Source: Octopus vulgaris (taxonomy: Eukaryota). From it: a stretch of 64,000 nt of DNA. The notes under the pieces were generated by a model that was not told the DNA's origin, ran no database searches, and worked only from the letters and a program-made list of their open reading frames with translations. The stretch lies in assembly GCA_951406725.2 (NCBI GenBank), contig OX597825.1, positions 16,492,001-16,556,000 of the forward strand, read 5' to 3'. Numbering within the stretch: position 1 is the stretch's first letter; each line of letters starts with the position of its first letter. This document shows, in pieces, positions 13,705 to 25,820 of the stretch. A program made the translations under genes and the position numbers.

Positions 13705-14320
13705 AAATTCTTCTTGGTCCAAGGTTACATTTATCACAAGCCAACGGAGAAAGAAGCATCATTTAGATTCTACCAATATCGTAGATAAAATGTAGAGCTA
13801 TAATCGCAGCACCATCTAAAGTTGTCCACAGCTTTAGCTCAATTTAAATGCAGTGGTTAAAAATTGATTTTACTGCGTCTGGTATAATTAGTGTTGGTGC
13901 ATCGAAGGACATCAGCAATGTAAGTGTATTTGATGACAATTTGTCCAGTGATCTTGAACGTGTTCCCCAAATATTCTCAATCTCGGTAGACTGGGAGACA
14001 AATCCAGATTAGTTAAATTAGCTCGAGTTCATCTAACGAACGTGCATACAGATTAGGCGTGAAAATAGAATCAAGTTTTTTAAAAATTTGTCCTGGTTTA
14101 CCAGCCAATAGATTCCGGAAGCTGGTTGTTGTAGCTTCATTGAATCCAGATGCAGTTCTACATGTGAGATTTACCTTACACGAAATTGGAGATGTATGGG
14201 CATTTGTGAAGTCTGATGACATACTGAGAAGGGGTGCCAACTGGTCAGAGTGTATCAAACCAACAATTGGCAGCAATGGAAAAGCTCCAGTAAACGAAAC
14301 ACAAACAATATAGCATCTCT

Positions 14321-14483
14321 GGCGCAGGAGTCGCTGTGTGGTAAGTAGCTTGCTTATCAACCACATGGTTCTGAGTTCAGTCCCACTGTGTGGCAGCTTG
14401 GACAAGTGTCTTCTACTCTAGCCTCGGGCCGACCAAAGCTATGTGAGTGGATTTGGTAGACAGAAACTGAAAGAAGCCCGTCG

Positions 14484-14522
<39 letters not shown>

Positions 14523-14741
14523 ATGTATGTATGTTTGTGTGTCTGTGTTTGTCTCCCCAACATCGCTTGACAATCGATGTTGGTGTGTTTCTGTCCCCGT
14601 ACCCTAGCGGTTCGGCAAAAGAGACCGATAGAATAAGTACTAGGCTTACAAAGAATAAGTCCTGGGGTCGATTTGCTCGACTAAAAGGCGGTGCTCCAGC
14701 ATGGCCACAGTCAAATGACTGAAATAAGTAAAAGAGTAAAA
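14321..14741 (+). mobile_element. SINE family B (tRNA head, CORE-like motif, internal microsatellite), full length
   Basis: GGCGCAGGAG..GCTGTGTGGTAAG head, GAGTTCAGTCCC B-box, CORE-like cttggacaagtgtcttc, tail gtaaaagagtaaaa. Confidence 0.9.
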
Positions 14742-14837
14742 CAGTTAAATTCAAAGATACATAAATGTCTTTAAATGCGTACAGTCTTTACCACAAAGTC
14801 TATCTGTTTGACTCCGACGCTCAAAGTATTGACCGTA

Positions 14838-15195
14838 CTTTATTTTACTCACGAAAACCTGAGCCTGTTTTTGTTTACTCTGCGATGCTGTTTTTAGTAT
14901 GGCTTGGTACAATCTGTTTCGAAAATACACCTTTCATCACTGTCATGGAGGTGGTGGTCATCGTGATGTGATGGTCTATGTTTTCTCAGGCTATTCCGCT
15001 AATGCGACAATTTTAACTAAACAGAATAAAAGTTTTAACCCACTTTCATTTTATTCATGAAACCCTGAGCAGCTTCGTTTGTTCCGCCATGGTGGTTTTA
15101 ATACGTGTGGGGACCGCTGTTTCGCAAAGACTACTTTCATTGCTGTAAGGAGGGTTAATGATAGAGGTCCTTTGGTCTACGTTCGCTCAAGCTTT
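14838..15195. repeat. Diverged tandem duplication, ~210-bp period
   Basis: ttttactcacgaaaacctgagc...ctgtttcgaaaatacacctttcatcactgtcatggagg vs ttttattcatgaaaccctgagc...ctgtttcgcaaagactactttcattgctgtaaggagg; both followed by tggtctay. Confidence 0.7.
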
Positions 15196-15374
15196 CCAGC
15201 AATTACTTGCGACAATTTTAACCAAGGGTAGCAATCGGTATTTTTCTCCGACATCGTTGTAAGCACCCCAAAATCTCCACTTGGTGTTCTTTGTCGTCTC
15301 CAGAACTACTTTCAATGCATTCAGATATTGGAGATTCAGGGAGCTGCTCATATATGCACATATGTTTGCATAAA

Positions 15375-15790
15375 GGCGGCGAGCTGGCAGAAACGTTAAC
15401 ACGACGGGTGAAATGCGTAGCCGTATTTCGTCTGCCGTTGCGTTCTGAGTTCAAATTCCGCCGAGGTCAACTTTGCCTTTCATCCTTTCGGGGTCGATTA
15501 AATAAGTACCAGTTACGCACTGGGGTCGATCTAATCGACTTAATCCGTTTGTCTGTCCTTATTCGTCCCCTCTGTGTTGAGCCCCTCGTGGGTAGTAAAG
15601 AAATAGATATTTCGTCTGCCGTTACGTTCTGAGTTCAACTTCCGCCGAGGTCGACTTTGCCTTTCATCCTTTCGGGGTCGATAAATTAAGTACCAGTTAC
15701 GCACTGGGGTCGATGTAATCGACTTAATCCGTTTGTCTCTCCTTGTTTGTCCCCTCTATGTTTAGTCCCTTGTGGGCAATAAAGAAATTA
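15375..15790 (+). mobile_element. SINE family A dimer
   Basis: Full head then second unit starting at the junction gtaaagaaatagatatttcgtctgcc (~15595-15620). Confidence 0.9.
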
Positions 15791-16139
15791 GAAATACGTG
15801 GTGATTTCTTCTACATACAAATTGATTCATAATCTTTTCATTGATTGCAAAGCGTAAAGGATTTCCTTCATGGATTTGAGTGTATTCCAAGTAGTCGAAA
15901 CCCAATCTCCTACTAAAAGCAACAACAGTTTGGATTTTAAGTTGACTACTGGGTATACTTTTACAAAAACAAACGGTTGATAGTAACTTCGAAGTTCGCT
16001 TCCTCGGAATTTAATGGCCAGCGAAACTTCGAAATCACTATCAGTCTTCTTATAAAAATATGCGATATTCTGCTTAGTCGCATTGAGTAAACCACCGTCT
16101 TAATGTTACAGTTTCGTTTAAACTACGCATAAAAGCATG

Positions 16140-16212
16140 CAACATCATTATCATCATCATCATCATCATTATCATCATCATCATCATCATCATCACCACC
16201 ATCTTCCTCCTC

Positions 16213-16246
<34 letters not shown>

Positions 16247-16324
16247 CCAGCGTCATCCTCATCAACCTCCTCCTCCTGCTCCTCCTGCTCCTCCTCCTCC
16301 TCCTCATCATCATCGTCGTCATCA

Positions 16325-16368
<44 letters not shown>

Positions 16369-16369
16369 G

Positions 16370-16448
<79 letters not shown>

Positions 16449-16532
16449 CATCATCCTCATCATCATCCTCCTCCTCCTCCTCCTCCTCATCATCATCATC
16501 GTCATCATCGTCGTCGTCGTCGTCGTCGTTGT

Positions 16533-16569
<37 letters not shown>

Positions 16570-16650
16570 ATCATCACGCTTTTCGGGGTCATCGTCATCG
16601 GCATTCTCGACAGCGTCCTCCTTTTTCTACTCCTCGTCCCCATCTTCTTC
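16140..16650. repeat. Compound trinucleotide array (CAT)n/(CCT)n/(CGT)n
   Basis: Direct inspection; source of the poly-H/R/M ORFs. Confidence 0.95.
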
Positions 16651-16744
16651 TCCTAAAAATCTAACAATATTAACAGCACCAAAACAAAAGTGTACTCATA
16701 CATTTACGAATAACGTATTTATACATACAGATATACATCCTGGT

Positions 16745-16780
<36 letters not shown>

Positions 16781-16899
16781 TATGTATATACAAACACACT
16801 CATGCGTACGTTGACATATATACATAGATATATATGCATCTTTCTGTATATATATATTTTTTATAAATATATACATACATAGCCCCATCCATACGCAGA

Positions 16900-16915
16900 C
16901 ATATCTATCTATCTG

Positions 16916-16992
<77 letters not shown>

Positions 16993-17106
16993 ATATCTAT
17001 CTATCTATCTATCTTTCTCTCTTTCTTTCTACCTCTACCTACTTACTTAATCATCTCCCTCCCTTCCTTACTACCTACCTACCTACCTACCTACCTACCT
17101 ACCTAC

Positions 17107-17157
<51 letters not shown>

Positions 17158-17190
17158 CCTTTCTCACTCTCTCTATCTACCTCTCTCTCT
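16900..17190. repeat. (ATCT)n/(ACCT)n tetranucleotide array
   Basis: Direct inspection. Confidence 0.95.
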
Positions 17191-17928
17191 ATCTAAGCAT
17201 GGTTTATTAGTTACCGATGCAGATTGTTTTTCAGTAGCAAACAATAGAATTTGACAAATGGGTATCACAGAGAAAGGGGGAAGTTATACAAGCCACACGT
17301 CCTCCTTCCAAATACACGTGATGTTGTTCACCAAAGTCTATCAGTATGAAGTACATAGAACTTCCAACTGACTGAACATTTCAATTACCGCCGAATATTA
17401 CAACGTAATTTTTTCTGATTTTTTTTTCTTCATGACTGATATATTTCAAATTTTTTCCCCGGTTTGTAAGATATCTTGTCGGCATCAAACTAAATGTCAA
17501 CATGGTTTATAGAAAAATAATTCAAAATACTAAAGGCCATTATTACAAGGATACACTGGGCTTCTAGCGACCTAAGTACACTGAAGAAGGACAAGGGAAA
17601 AAACCAAAAAAAAAAAAAAAACAACAAAATACTTTGCAACTGCAAATACGACGAGATGTTGACTATCGCTAGATTGAGTCTTGTAATTATATATTTTGTG
17701 ATTGATAAGTTTTGTTTATATAAGCCGCTGTACATTTTCAAGCGAGCTGTTTCGAATCCTACCACGGTAAGGTATTTATCTATCATGTATATAAAATTGA
17801 CGACATCTATACTGTAATAAAGAAAGCCGTTTATTAATTAGTTTAAAATATCTTTTATATTTTATTTGCTTCAGTCACTTTTGACTGCGGCTATACTGGG
17901 GCAACGCTGTCAAAAAATTTTACAGATG

Positions 17929-17999
17929 TGCTTCGACCAGGAATCGAACCTGAGTCTCTCGCACAGGAAAATAACGTTCAACCATTGAACCACCGATGG
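17929..17999 (-). pseudogene. Degenerate tRNA-like sequence (tRNA-Gly-like)
   Basis: Minus strand ccatcggtggttcaatggttgaacg...ggttcgattcctggtcgaagca resembles eukaryotic tRNA-Gly; anticodon arm decayed; T6 run ~12 nt downstream. Confidence 0.6.
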
Positions 18000-18749
18000 A
18001 AACGATACAAATAGTGGGTAACTTTACTAAAAGCAAGCAATTTTAAAATTGTACACTTTCTACAAAAGTTCTTAAAAATTCTAATTTTCATATATTTTTA
18101 TCAAAATGTGGTTTTGAAATTTCTTTTATTATATGTTTTTTTTTAGTGCATTTTCTCTTTGCCATTTCTCTATCTCTCTCTCATTTCACACATAGGGCTA
18201 TAACATGAAATTTATTATATATTTTCGATAGTTTCCTTTGTCTAGATAATGCAACTAATTCTAATGTTGTGTCATGTTACTGTGAGTAATTGTGAAAAAG
18301 ATCTTGTGAAATATTTCTCAGTGGTAAGATTGCTATCCTTTAATTTCTGATCCAATTAATGCAACGAAGCTGAAACTTCCCATATATCACTTGATCCGTT
18401 GTTTATTTTGATCAGAACTGTCTAGGTGAGCGTCATGCTGTTCCGATGCTTATAAACTAAAACAGCAGGAAATTTTCCTGCTGTCGACAACGGCAAGAGC
18501 ATTAATAATGATGTATTTCAGATAAGATCACAAATCTATCCAAAATAATTAGTTAGTAACTAACAGGTTTGCTAACAGGTTTCTGTAGCGACATGTCAAA
18601 TTTAAAGTTAGCTTCCATTGCCATGAACCAACAAAGGAGTCCCCTATGTTAATTGAAACTACTGTTAAATCTCTCTCAAATAACACTGAAGTCTCTTAAA
18701 TGTAAAAGGACACATCAGATAAGAGAACCCAATATATTCCATATCCTGG

Positions 18750-19060
18750 AACTCCGTCGGTTACGAAGACGAGGGTTCCAGTTGATCCGATCGACGAACA
18801 GCCTGCTCGGGAAATTAACGTACTTGTGGCTGAGCCCTCCATAGACACAAGTACCCATAACGTAGTTCTCGGGGAGATTCAGCATGACACAGAATATGCC
18901 TGACCCTTTGAAATACAAATGCTACTGGGTTTTGCCAGCTGATTGGACTGAAGCAATAATTTCCCGAAGCAATGTGAGATAAAGTGCCTTGCTCAATAAC
19001 ACAACGCACTGTCAGGAATCGAACGCACGACCTTGTGATCCTGGGCCGAATACCCTAAAT
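18750..19060 (-). mobile_element. tRNA-headed CORE-like SINE (family D)
   Basis: Minus strand ttagggtattcggcccaggatcacaaggtcgtgcgttcgattcctg...tgttattgagcaaggcacttta. Confidence 0.75.
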
Positions 19061-19805
19061 ACTTACAACATACGATGAGATAGTCACCGCTGGAATGATT
19101 TCAGTTAGGGTCAACATTAGCTGAACAATATTTCATTATAGGGTTTACAGGGTATTATATTGAAAAATTAAGGGCCACTCCTTCAGAGTATGTTTCAAGA
19201 AGATTGTACTGTATGATTCCAGGGGTATAGGGCTTCTGTATGTACCTAGCCTAGTGAAAAAGTAGAGGCTCTCTCGTTGACAAGAAGTTAGTAAAAAGAG
19301 TTAGTAGTGGTTCCAGAGTGTAATTACTGAATATTACATTTGAAGCAGAAAAATATACTATTATCGATAATAGCAATTGATATCTATTAAAAAAACAACA
19401 AACAAATAAAAGAAAAAAAAAAACGGAAATCAAACAGATATAATGATCAATACAGAAGCAACTGGTTCAAGGTTACATATTTGGTTGGGTAAATAATCAA
19501 TTAAATCTATTGTATTTATTTTATCGAATCTAGGAGAACGAAAGGGAAATCGGCTGATTTAAATTTAGTATAGCATGGATTCGTCTTTTAAACGTATAGA
19601 GGCGCAAATTTTCGATGTCTCTGACAGACAATCACGCAAAGCACTAACCATACACATGCACACATACACACGCATACAGGTACTGATACATGCTCATACA
19701 GACGTGGACTCAAACACGTTTGAGTATATCAAAACACGATAATAGATATAGTCTGTATTCATTTATACACATACATACATTACATACATACCTATATGTA
19801 TATAG

Positions 19806-20165
19806 AGTGGTTGTATACTCTCAACATAACGTGACAGTCCCGTAAGGGAATTACACCACCGCTGTTTAGCCCTAGGAAGCATCGACGCTTCCTGTCGGCT
19901 TTGACACAATTCCTGTGTCCTTATATTTGCGAAGGGGAGGCAATCGCCCCCACCAGCTAGGATTCACACACTGCATGTTTCTGAGTCTTAACCCGTCATC
20001 AGCCCAGGATAGTGAGATCTGTTGATTGAGATGCCTGTCTAGCCTTCGCGTACATATTTAGTTTTTGGATTTGGTTTGCAAGATTCTTTATGTGAGTTCA
20101 TGTGTTGAATCATATTCTGTTGTGTCTGGGGAGAGTCATTTTCTTTTGGTACCTTATAATTTAAT
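19806..20165 (-). mobile_element. Structured non-coding element with hammerhead-like motif (19957-20007); 20058-20165 shared with 26990-27095
   Basis: CTGATGA-cGGGTtaagACTCa-GAAA core plus several short hairpins; sequence match to the 27-kb foldback insertion. Confidence 0.55.
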
Positions 20166-20824
20166 AAGGTAAAGGATAAGGTAAAGGATGATTCGTCGAA
20201 GAAAAAACATTCTTCCACTGCTCTAAGGACCAATTCTGTAGGTTTTTATTCCACTCTAAACGCTTTACAACGTTTGTTTTTGAAAGTAGTGGTTTTCTGA
20301 TTGCAGCCCTCTGTGCAGCTCCCGGCGAAAAGTTCTTTGTGGAAACTTGGCTCTCGAAGTGATCATTAAGCTCTGCAGTACTTTTGAGAGCTGTACTTTT
20401 GTGATCCTTTCTAACAATTCTCGTAAGAACCCGACGGTCCATATCTGAAAGTTTTGATTTTCTTCTGGAGTTTTGTTTCGACGAGGATGTTTTTCCCTCT
20501 TTCTCAAAGGCTGTCATTACTTTTGAGACAGTACTTCTTGATACATCAAACATTTCGGCTGTTTTCGTTACGCTAGCGCCTGCCATACGAGCACCAACAA
20601 TTTGACCCCTTTGAAAGTCTGATAGATCTATCATTTTAATGAACTTTAATTACCTTTTTCTGATGATATCTGAAAGCAAAACAGCAATTTTAGCAAAACA
20701 TATTAAGCAACACTAATGATAAATCAGAAAACATAAAAATAAACAAGCTTTTGACAGTTTTATAGATATTTCAAAATTATGATGCTATGATGCTAGGTGT
20801 TTCCATTATTTTGTACAACCCCTG
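20161..20824 (-). mobile_element. Tc1-like DNA transposon, 5-prime half with TIR and truncated transposase
   Basis: ORF 20634-20161 DLSDFQRGQIVGARMAGASVTKTAEMFDVSRSTVSKV (paired-type HTH), RKPLLS...RLEW...W.NVFF.DESSF across a frameshift; TIR caggggttgtacaaaataatggaaacacct at 20795-20824. Confidence 0.92.
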
Positions 20825-21120
20825 GATATGTGTGCATGTGCGCGTATGTGCACGTGTGTGTCTGTGCGTATATATATATATATATACAAAGAAAGAGAGA
20901 GAGAGAGAGAGGGAGAGTGAGAGGGAGAGAGAGTGAAAGAAAGAGAGAGAAACTATGTATGCATAATTTAAAAGTGGAAGGTGCGGTAGTTAACGAATAG
21001 TTCTTAGAAGCGAGCGAGCCAATCACTTTGGGCAGAAGTGCCAATAGTCATGCAAAAATGCACGGGCGTTTAATTTTAAGCGTTAAAACAGCAATTATAT
21101 TCTCGGCACTTCGTTTTACT

Positions 21121-21151
<31 letters not shown>

Positions 21152-21554
21152 CATGCACACTACATCTTCGTTATTTGCAACGGAAGTAGTATTATATTAA
21201 AATAGTCATCTGTGTATCATGCTAAAAGTTAAATTAATTGTAGCATTCGTCCGGAAATAGTTTCTCTTATGGATAAACTTTTCTTAAAAGCTCCAATATA
21301 TCAAAATCAAACGGAATGCTCTGCTTGTGATATTATTTGTACTTTTAACATAACATGTCTACAAGATATAGTATTTCTGGACGAATATCACAATTTATTT
21401 AACTTCCCGTGATGTATTTTCATTAAGTATGATAGACACACATATACACTATGTATTTATTAAGAATGAGCAAAACGCCCCCGTCCAATGAACGGTGCTG
21501 AGTTGTCAAACATTTAAACCAAATTTTCTCAAAACAACTTGTCCGACCGTCTCA

Positions 21555-21580
21555 TAGGCCTCCCCTTTGAGAAACACTGA
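21555..21580 (-). mobile_element. Possible hAT-type terminus
   Basis: Minus strand CAGTGTTTCTCAAAGGGG resembles Charlie/Buster ends; partner end not found. Confidence 0.35.
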
Positions 21581-21859
21581 TTTAACCTAAATTTGAGACA
21601 CCAGCAAAAGAAGAAATAAAAGTAGACTTTTTTTCTATTCCTAAGAATAATGATTTTATTCACACAAATATGCAGCTGAAGAGATTAAAGTACCAGTAAT
21701 GATAAGGCTGTTGACTGGGAGAACACAAACATGGGTTTAAACAGAAAGCTTGGCAGGAAAGCTTAAGCAATACAAAAACAACAAAAAATGTGAGGTGCAG
21801 TTATGTACAGGTTGACGAAAGAAAAGCAGGACAAAACTGCACGGGCATTTTTCTCACGT

Positions 21860-22053
21860 ACGCGTAGTATCGATCCTACGGCTTTATCAATTGCATTCTC
21901 ACCTGAAATCGATTTTTGTAACTTTTCCATGACTTATACGTGCCCTGATACCGTCGGTATCTACATATCAAATTTGAGCGCAATCGGATGGAGGATGCCC
22001 GAGATCCTAGAAGACACACACATAGACAGACCGAACGGATTTTATATAATAGA
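21860..22053 (-). mobile_element. Non-autonomous Helitron-like 5-prime fragment
   Basis: Minus strand aTCtattatataaaa..tctgtctatgtgtgtgt..catccgattgcgctcaaatttgatatg, same architecture as the 39913 element. Confidence 0.6.
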
Positions 22054-22059
22054 TGATTT

Positions 22060-23060
22060 TCTTAAGCTAAGAATTACGAATTATATGAAAACATCTTAAG
22101 AAAAACAGATCTTCCGAAATTGATCATTGCACAAATATCAAGAACTTTACTACGTAGATCGTTTCTAAGAAATGAACATTATGCACCTTAAACCGTTCTA
22201 TTTACTTTGATCCTGTTTGGCCGATGTAACTCTCATTGCAATTACAGCATTACATGCAATAAATGATGTTTCGTCGTGCAATTTATACTTGTATTAACTT
22301 TAAATTACTTTCCATTCTTCAATTTTTTTGTTTCTATTCTGTTTAATTAATTCGTGGATCAAACAAGGAAAGTTTCCACATTTTGTTACCCGCTTTATTT
22401 CTTCTGGTTTGAATTTCCACTTTGTTAAGAGTTTTTTAAGATTTGGTGAATGCCTTCTACTAAATTGTGATGTTTGGCGTCCAATTAATGGAAGTTATCG
22501 TTTTGGCCGAATGTGAAAAATCATGACTTCCGAATTTATGGGTGATTACAAATGGAATAATTATCTTGTTTTTGCTTTCGTACTTATTTTGTAAGTTTTC
22601 CCGTAAACCTGGTGTTGGATTTCTTTTGTCTTGGTAATACCATGATTAACTATGTTCTTCGGATATTTAGTTTCTGAAGAAACACTTATAGCTTGACTAG
22701 GTAACTTTTTCTCGTCTACCTAAATATACTATTAACCATGTATATATGGTTACATTAAATAGAATACTATTCTTAACGAGGTATTTAGAATATTATATGA
22801 TCTAACATCTAATTATCTAACATTAACATCTAATATCCTTCCAGTGAAGTTCGATTGCAGCAGTCACATTTTCTTTAATTAACAAGTGTTCAAAAATAGA
22901 CTTACCCTTTCTTTTATTACCAGTGTGAATTGGATAGATTCGTGAATGCTATTTATTAAATTAAGGAATCTTGTAACTTCTACCTTAACTCTGTCGCCAA
23001 ATATTAGGCAGCCACCCAAGAACCTTGTACATTTTTTAAAACGGGGTTGGAAATGTTGAG
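22060..23060 (-). mobile_element. Penelope-like retroelement remnant (RT C-terminus and GIY-YIG)
   Basis: FLNLINSIHESIQFT...FLN (PLE RT motif) at ~22880-22980; C..CNESYIGQTG GIY-YIG motif at ~22205-22260. Confidence 0.85.
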
Positions 23061-23334
23061 CATATGCAATCACAAATAGGGCATCTACGTATTCTTTCAG
23101 TAATTCCATCAACAGTGGTTCAAATGTTGGTGGAACATTATACAACATTATTTAAACGGTACCTGGCTAAATTCCTCCAAGAAATACGACACAAATCACG
23201 GACACTTGGGAACATCTCGGCAAACAACTCCCGACTCTAGTGGACTATAATACCAAAACATATTTTAATATAGAACATACCTGTGCAGAGACCAAGATAT
23301 ATCAGGGTTATTAAGAATGAAATGTCCAATTGTG

Positions 23335-23525
23335 AACTGAAAGTTTATTTTACTTTAATTCAACATAAAGCAGTGCAGTTAATCAAAGTATGCACCTAAA
23401 TTATCAACACAATTTTGCCATTTTATCTGTATCTTATTTATACCGGCAGCGAAGAATTCTGGAGACCAAGAGTTGATGAAATCACAAATGGCTGTTTATG
23501 CATCTTCTTCAGATTTGAAGTTTAA
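23335..23525 (-). mobile_element. mariner transposase C-terminal fragment
   Basis: FKSEEDA*TAICDFINSWSPEFFAAGINKIQIKWQNCVDNLGAYFD*. Confidence 0.85.
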
Positions 23526-24102
23526 CGTATATATATATATATTACTCGGATTTTCAGAAATTTTGCATGACTGTATCCGAAAATTTCTTCACACAAGTTG
23601 ATCAAATATTCAATATGAGCTATATGTAGACATGCATAAATTCTATAGGTTTAAAACCTTTCATCGGATCTCCATGAATCGAACTTTCTTCAATGCAGTT
23701 AATCTTACAACCTCTTTTGTATCTACCCCTTTTGATGTTTGGGAATTCTCTGATATTTTTTCGGCTGACGAGTACGAGCCATCTGTATTCACTGCATTTT
23801 TTGTAGCTTATTAAAGATGTCCTCGTACGAAACGATCGTACCGAGATTTTAATCCATTCTTGTTGTTTTTTTCCTATTTGTAATCACCCCACTTGTCGTA
23901 TGGTTAACACCATATAGATTTCCGGTGCATCCTAGTTAAGGACCATATTCATGTGAATTCTTTAGAATTCACTAGAATCTCAATTACTTAACCGTATATA
24001 TACATATATATATAAATAAGGATAAGATCGTTAAATAAAAAATAAAATAACGATTTTATCAAGTGGTCAGCATGGAAAAAACACCCTTCAAAGGTAATTA
24101 TT

Positions 24103-24278
24103 ATTAAAATTATAAATTAGGGTATCTACGAGATACCACCACGCTGAAAATAGCAGCCATGATCTGACTTTAAAACCACCTAAATAGCTTATGGACAATT
24201 TAGGTGGTTTTAAAGTCAGATCGTTGTTGCTACTTTCAGCGTGGTGGTATCTCGTAGATACCCTAATTTATAACTTTA

Positions 24279-24280
<2 letters not shown>
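24103..24280. repeat. Fold-back palindrome, 83-bp arms, 12-nt loop, next to (TA)n
   Basis: Arms 24103-24185 and 24198-24280, 5 mismatches. Confidence 0.95.
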
Positions 24281-24316
<36 letters not shown>

Positions 24317-24447
24317 ATGTATGGACATGTGCATAGATCCAAATAGATATTCGTACATATTATATATAGAAACGTATGTAGACAGATTCAAGCTAAAAAG
24401 CTAGTTTTAAAATCCCTCTAAGTAATGATCGCTATAGTTATACTAGC

Positions 24448-24750
24448 AAGTAATGTCTGTAGCCACTTCAATATGGCTGTTCCGCTCGAACGGACTCTAT
24501 CCCAGGACGGCATCTCCTATAGCTGCTCAGTGATGTATAACTGCATCCGGTATATTGCAAGCAAGGGAACGAACCTATATGCTGGTCCCGTCATTAGAAG
24601 GTGGTAAGAGTTCGTTCCTCTGCTCACAATATATCGGATGCAGCTGTGCATCGTTAACCAGCTGAAAGAGATGTCTTCTTTAGGTTAGAAAATCGCAGTA
24701 AAGTCTGTTCGAATGAACCAGCCATATTGAAGCGTCTACGAACATTACTT
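24448..24750. repeat. Imperfect ~300-nt palindrome
   Basis: aagtaatg...gaacgaacc pairs with gagttcgttcc...cattactt; mismatches mostly transitions. Confidence 0.9.
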
Positions 24751-24913
24751 TATATATATATATATATATATGTAGGTATTATATATGTAAAGCATAATGT
24801 TATACATGTATGTATATTGTTATAATTGTAATTTTAATAAATAAATAAACTGACATAATATAATGTCTGAAAGTTGATGAACCACATATTGATCCTCTCC
24901 ATTCTCTTATAGC

Positions 24914-24980
<67 letters not shown>

Positions 24981-25129
24981 GCGTGTCTGTGAATAGGCGC
25001 TGTGTGCATATATGTATGCGTTGTATGTGTGTGTGTGTGTGTGTGTTTGCACGACGCATTTTCTCTCTGAATAATCTTAAATGTCACATCGAACTTAATG
25101 ATGTCCGACAGCGGCCGCTGGTGGCGACA

Positions 25130-25518
25130 CTGTGTTAATGATGGTGTTGATAATAACGATGTTAATGTTAGAGACGAAGAAGAAGAAGAAGAAGAAGAAG
25201 AAGAAGAAGAAGAAGAGAAGAAGAGGAAGAGAAGAAGAGGAAGAGAAGAAGAAGAAAATAAAAAATAGTAACAACGATCTTGAGCATGAAAACAAATATA
25301 ACAATGATGATAATGATGATGATGATGATGATACGGATGATTGCGATGGTAACGATGGTCGTGATGATGATGACGACGACGACGATGATGATGATGACGA
25401 CGACGACGATGATGATGATGATGATGATAGGGATGATTGCGATGGTAACGATGGTAACGATGGTCGTGATGATGGTAACTGTAATGGTAATGATGATGAC
25501 GACGACGACGACAATGAA

Positions 25519-25596
<78 letters not shown>

Positions 25597-25820
25597 GGGA
25601 TGATGAGGATGATGAGGATGACGACGACGACGACGATGATGACGACAATGATGATGATGATGATAATGGTGATGATGATGTTGATGCTTATGATGCTGAT
25701 GATGGTGGTGATAACGATGATGGCATTATTGATGTGGATGAATGTCATGATAAGGATGATGACACGACGACGACGACGACGGTGACGATGATGATGATGA
25801 TGATGGTGATGATGCTGGTG
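25130..25820. repeat. Compound (GAA)n/(GAT)n/(GAC)n array with higher-order units
   Basis: Direct inspection; ggatgattgcgatggtaacgatggtcgt recurs. Confidence 0.95.

Noticed and set aside
16074-16664. Poly-His/Pro/Arg and poly-Met ORFs
   Set aside because: Trinucleotide repeat open in several frames; no flanking coding context
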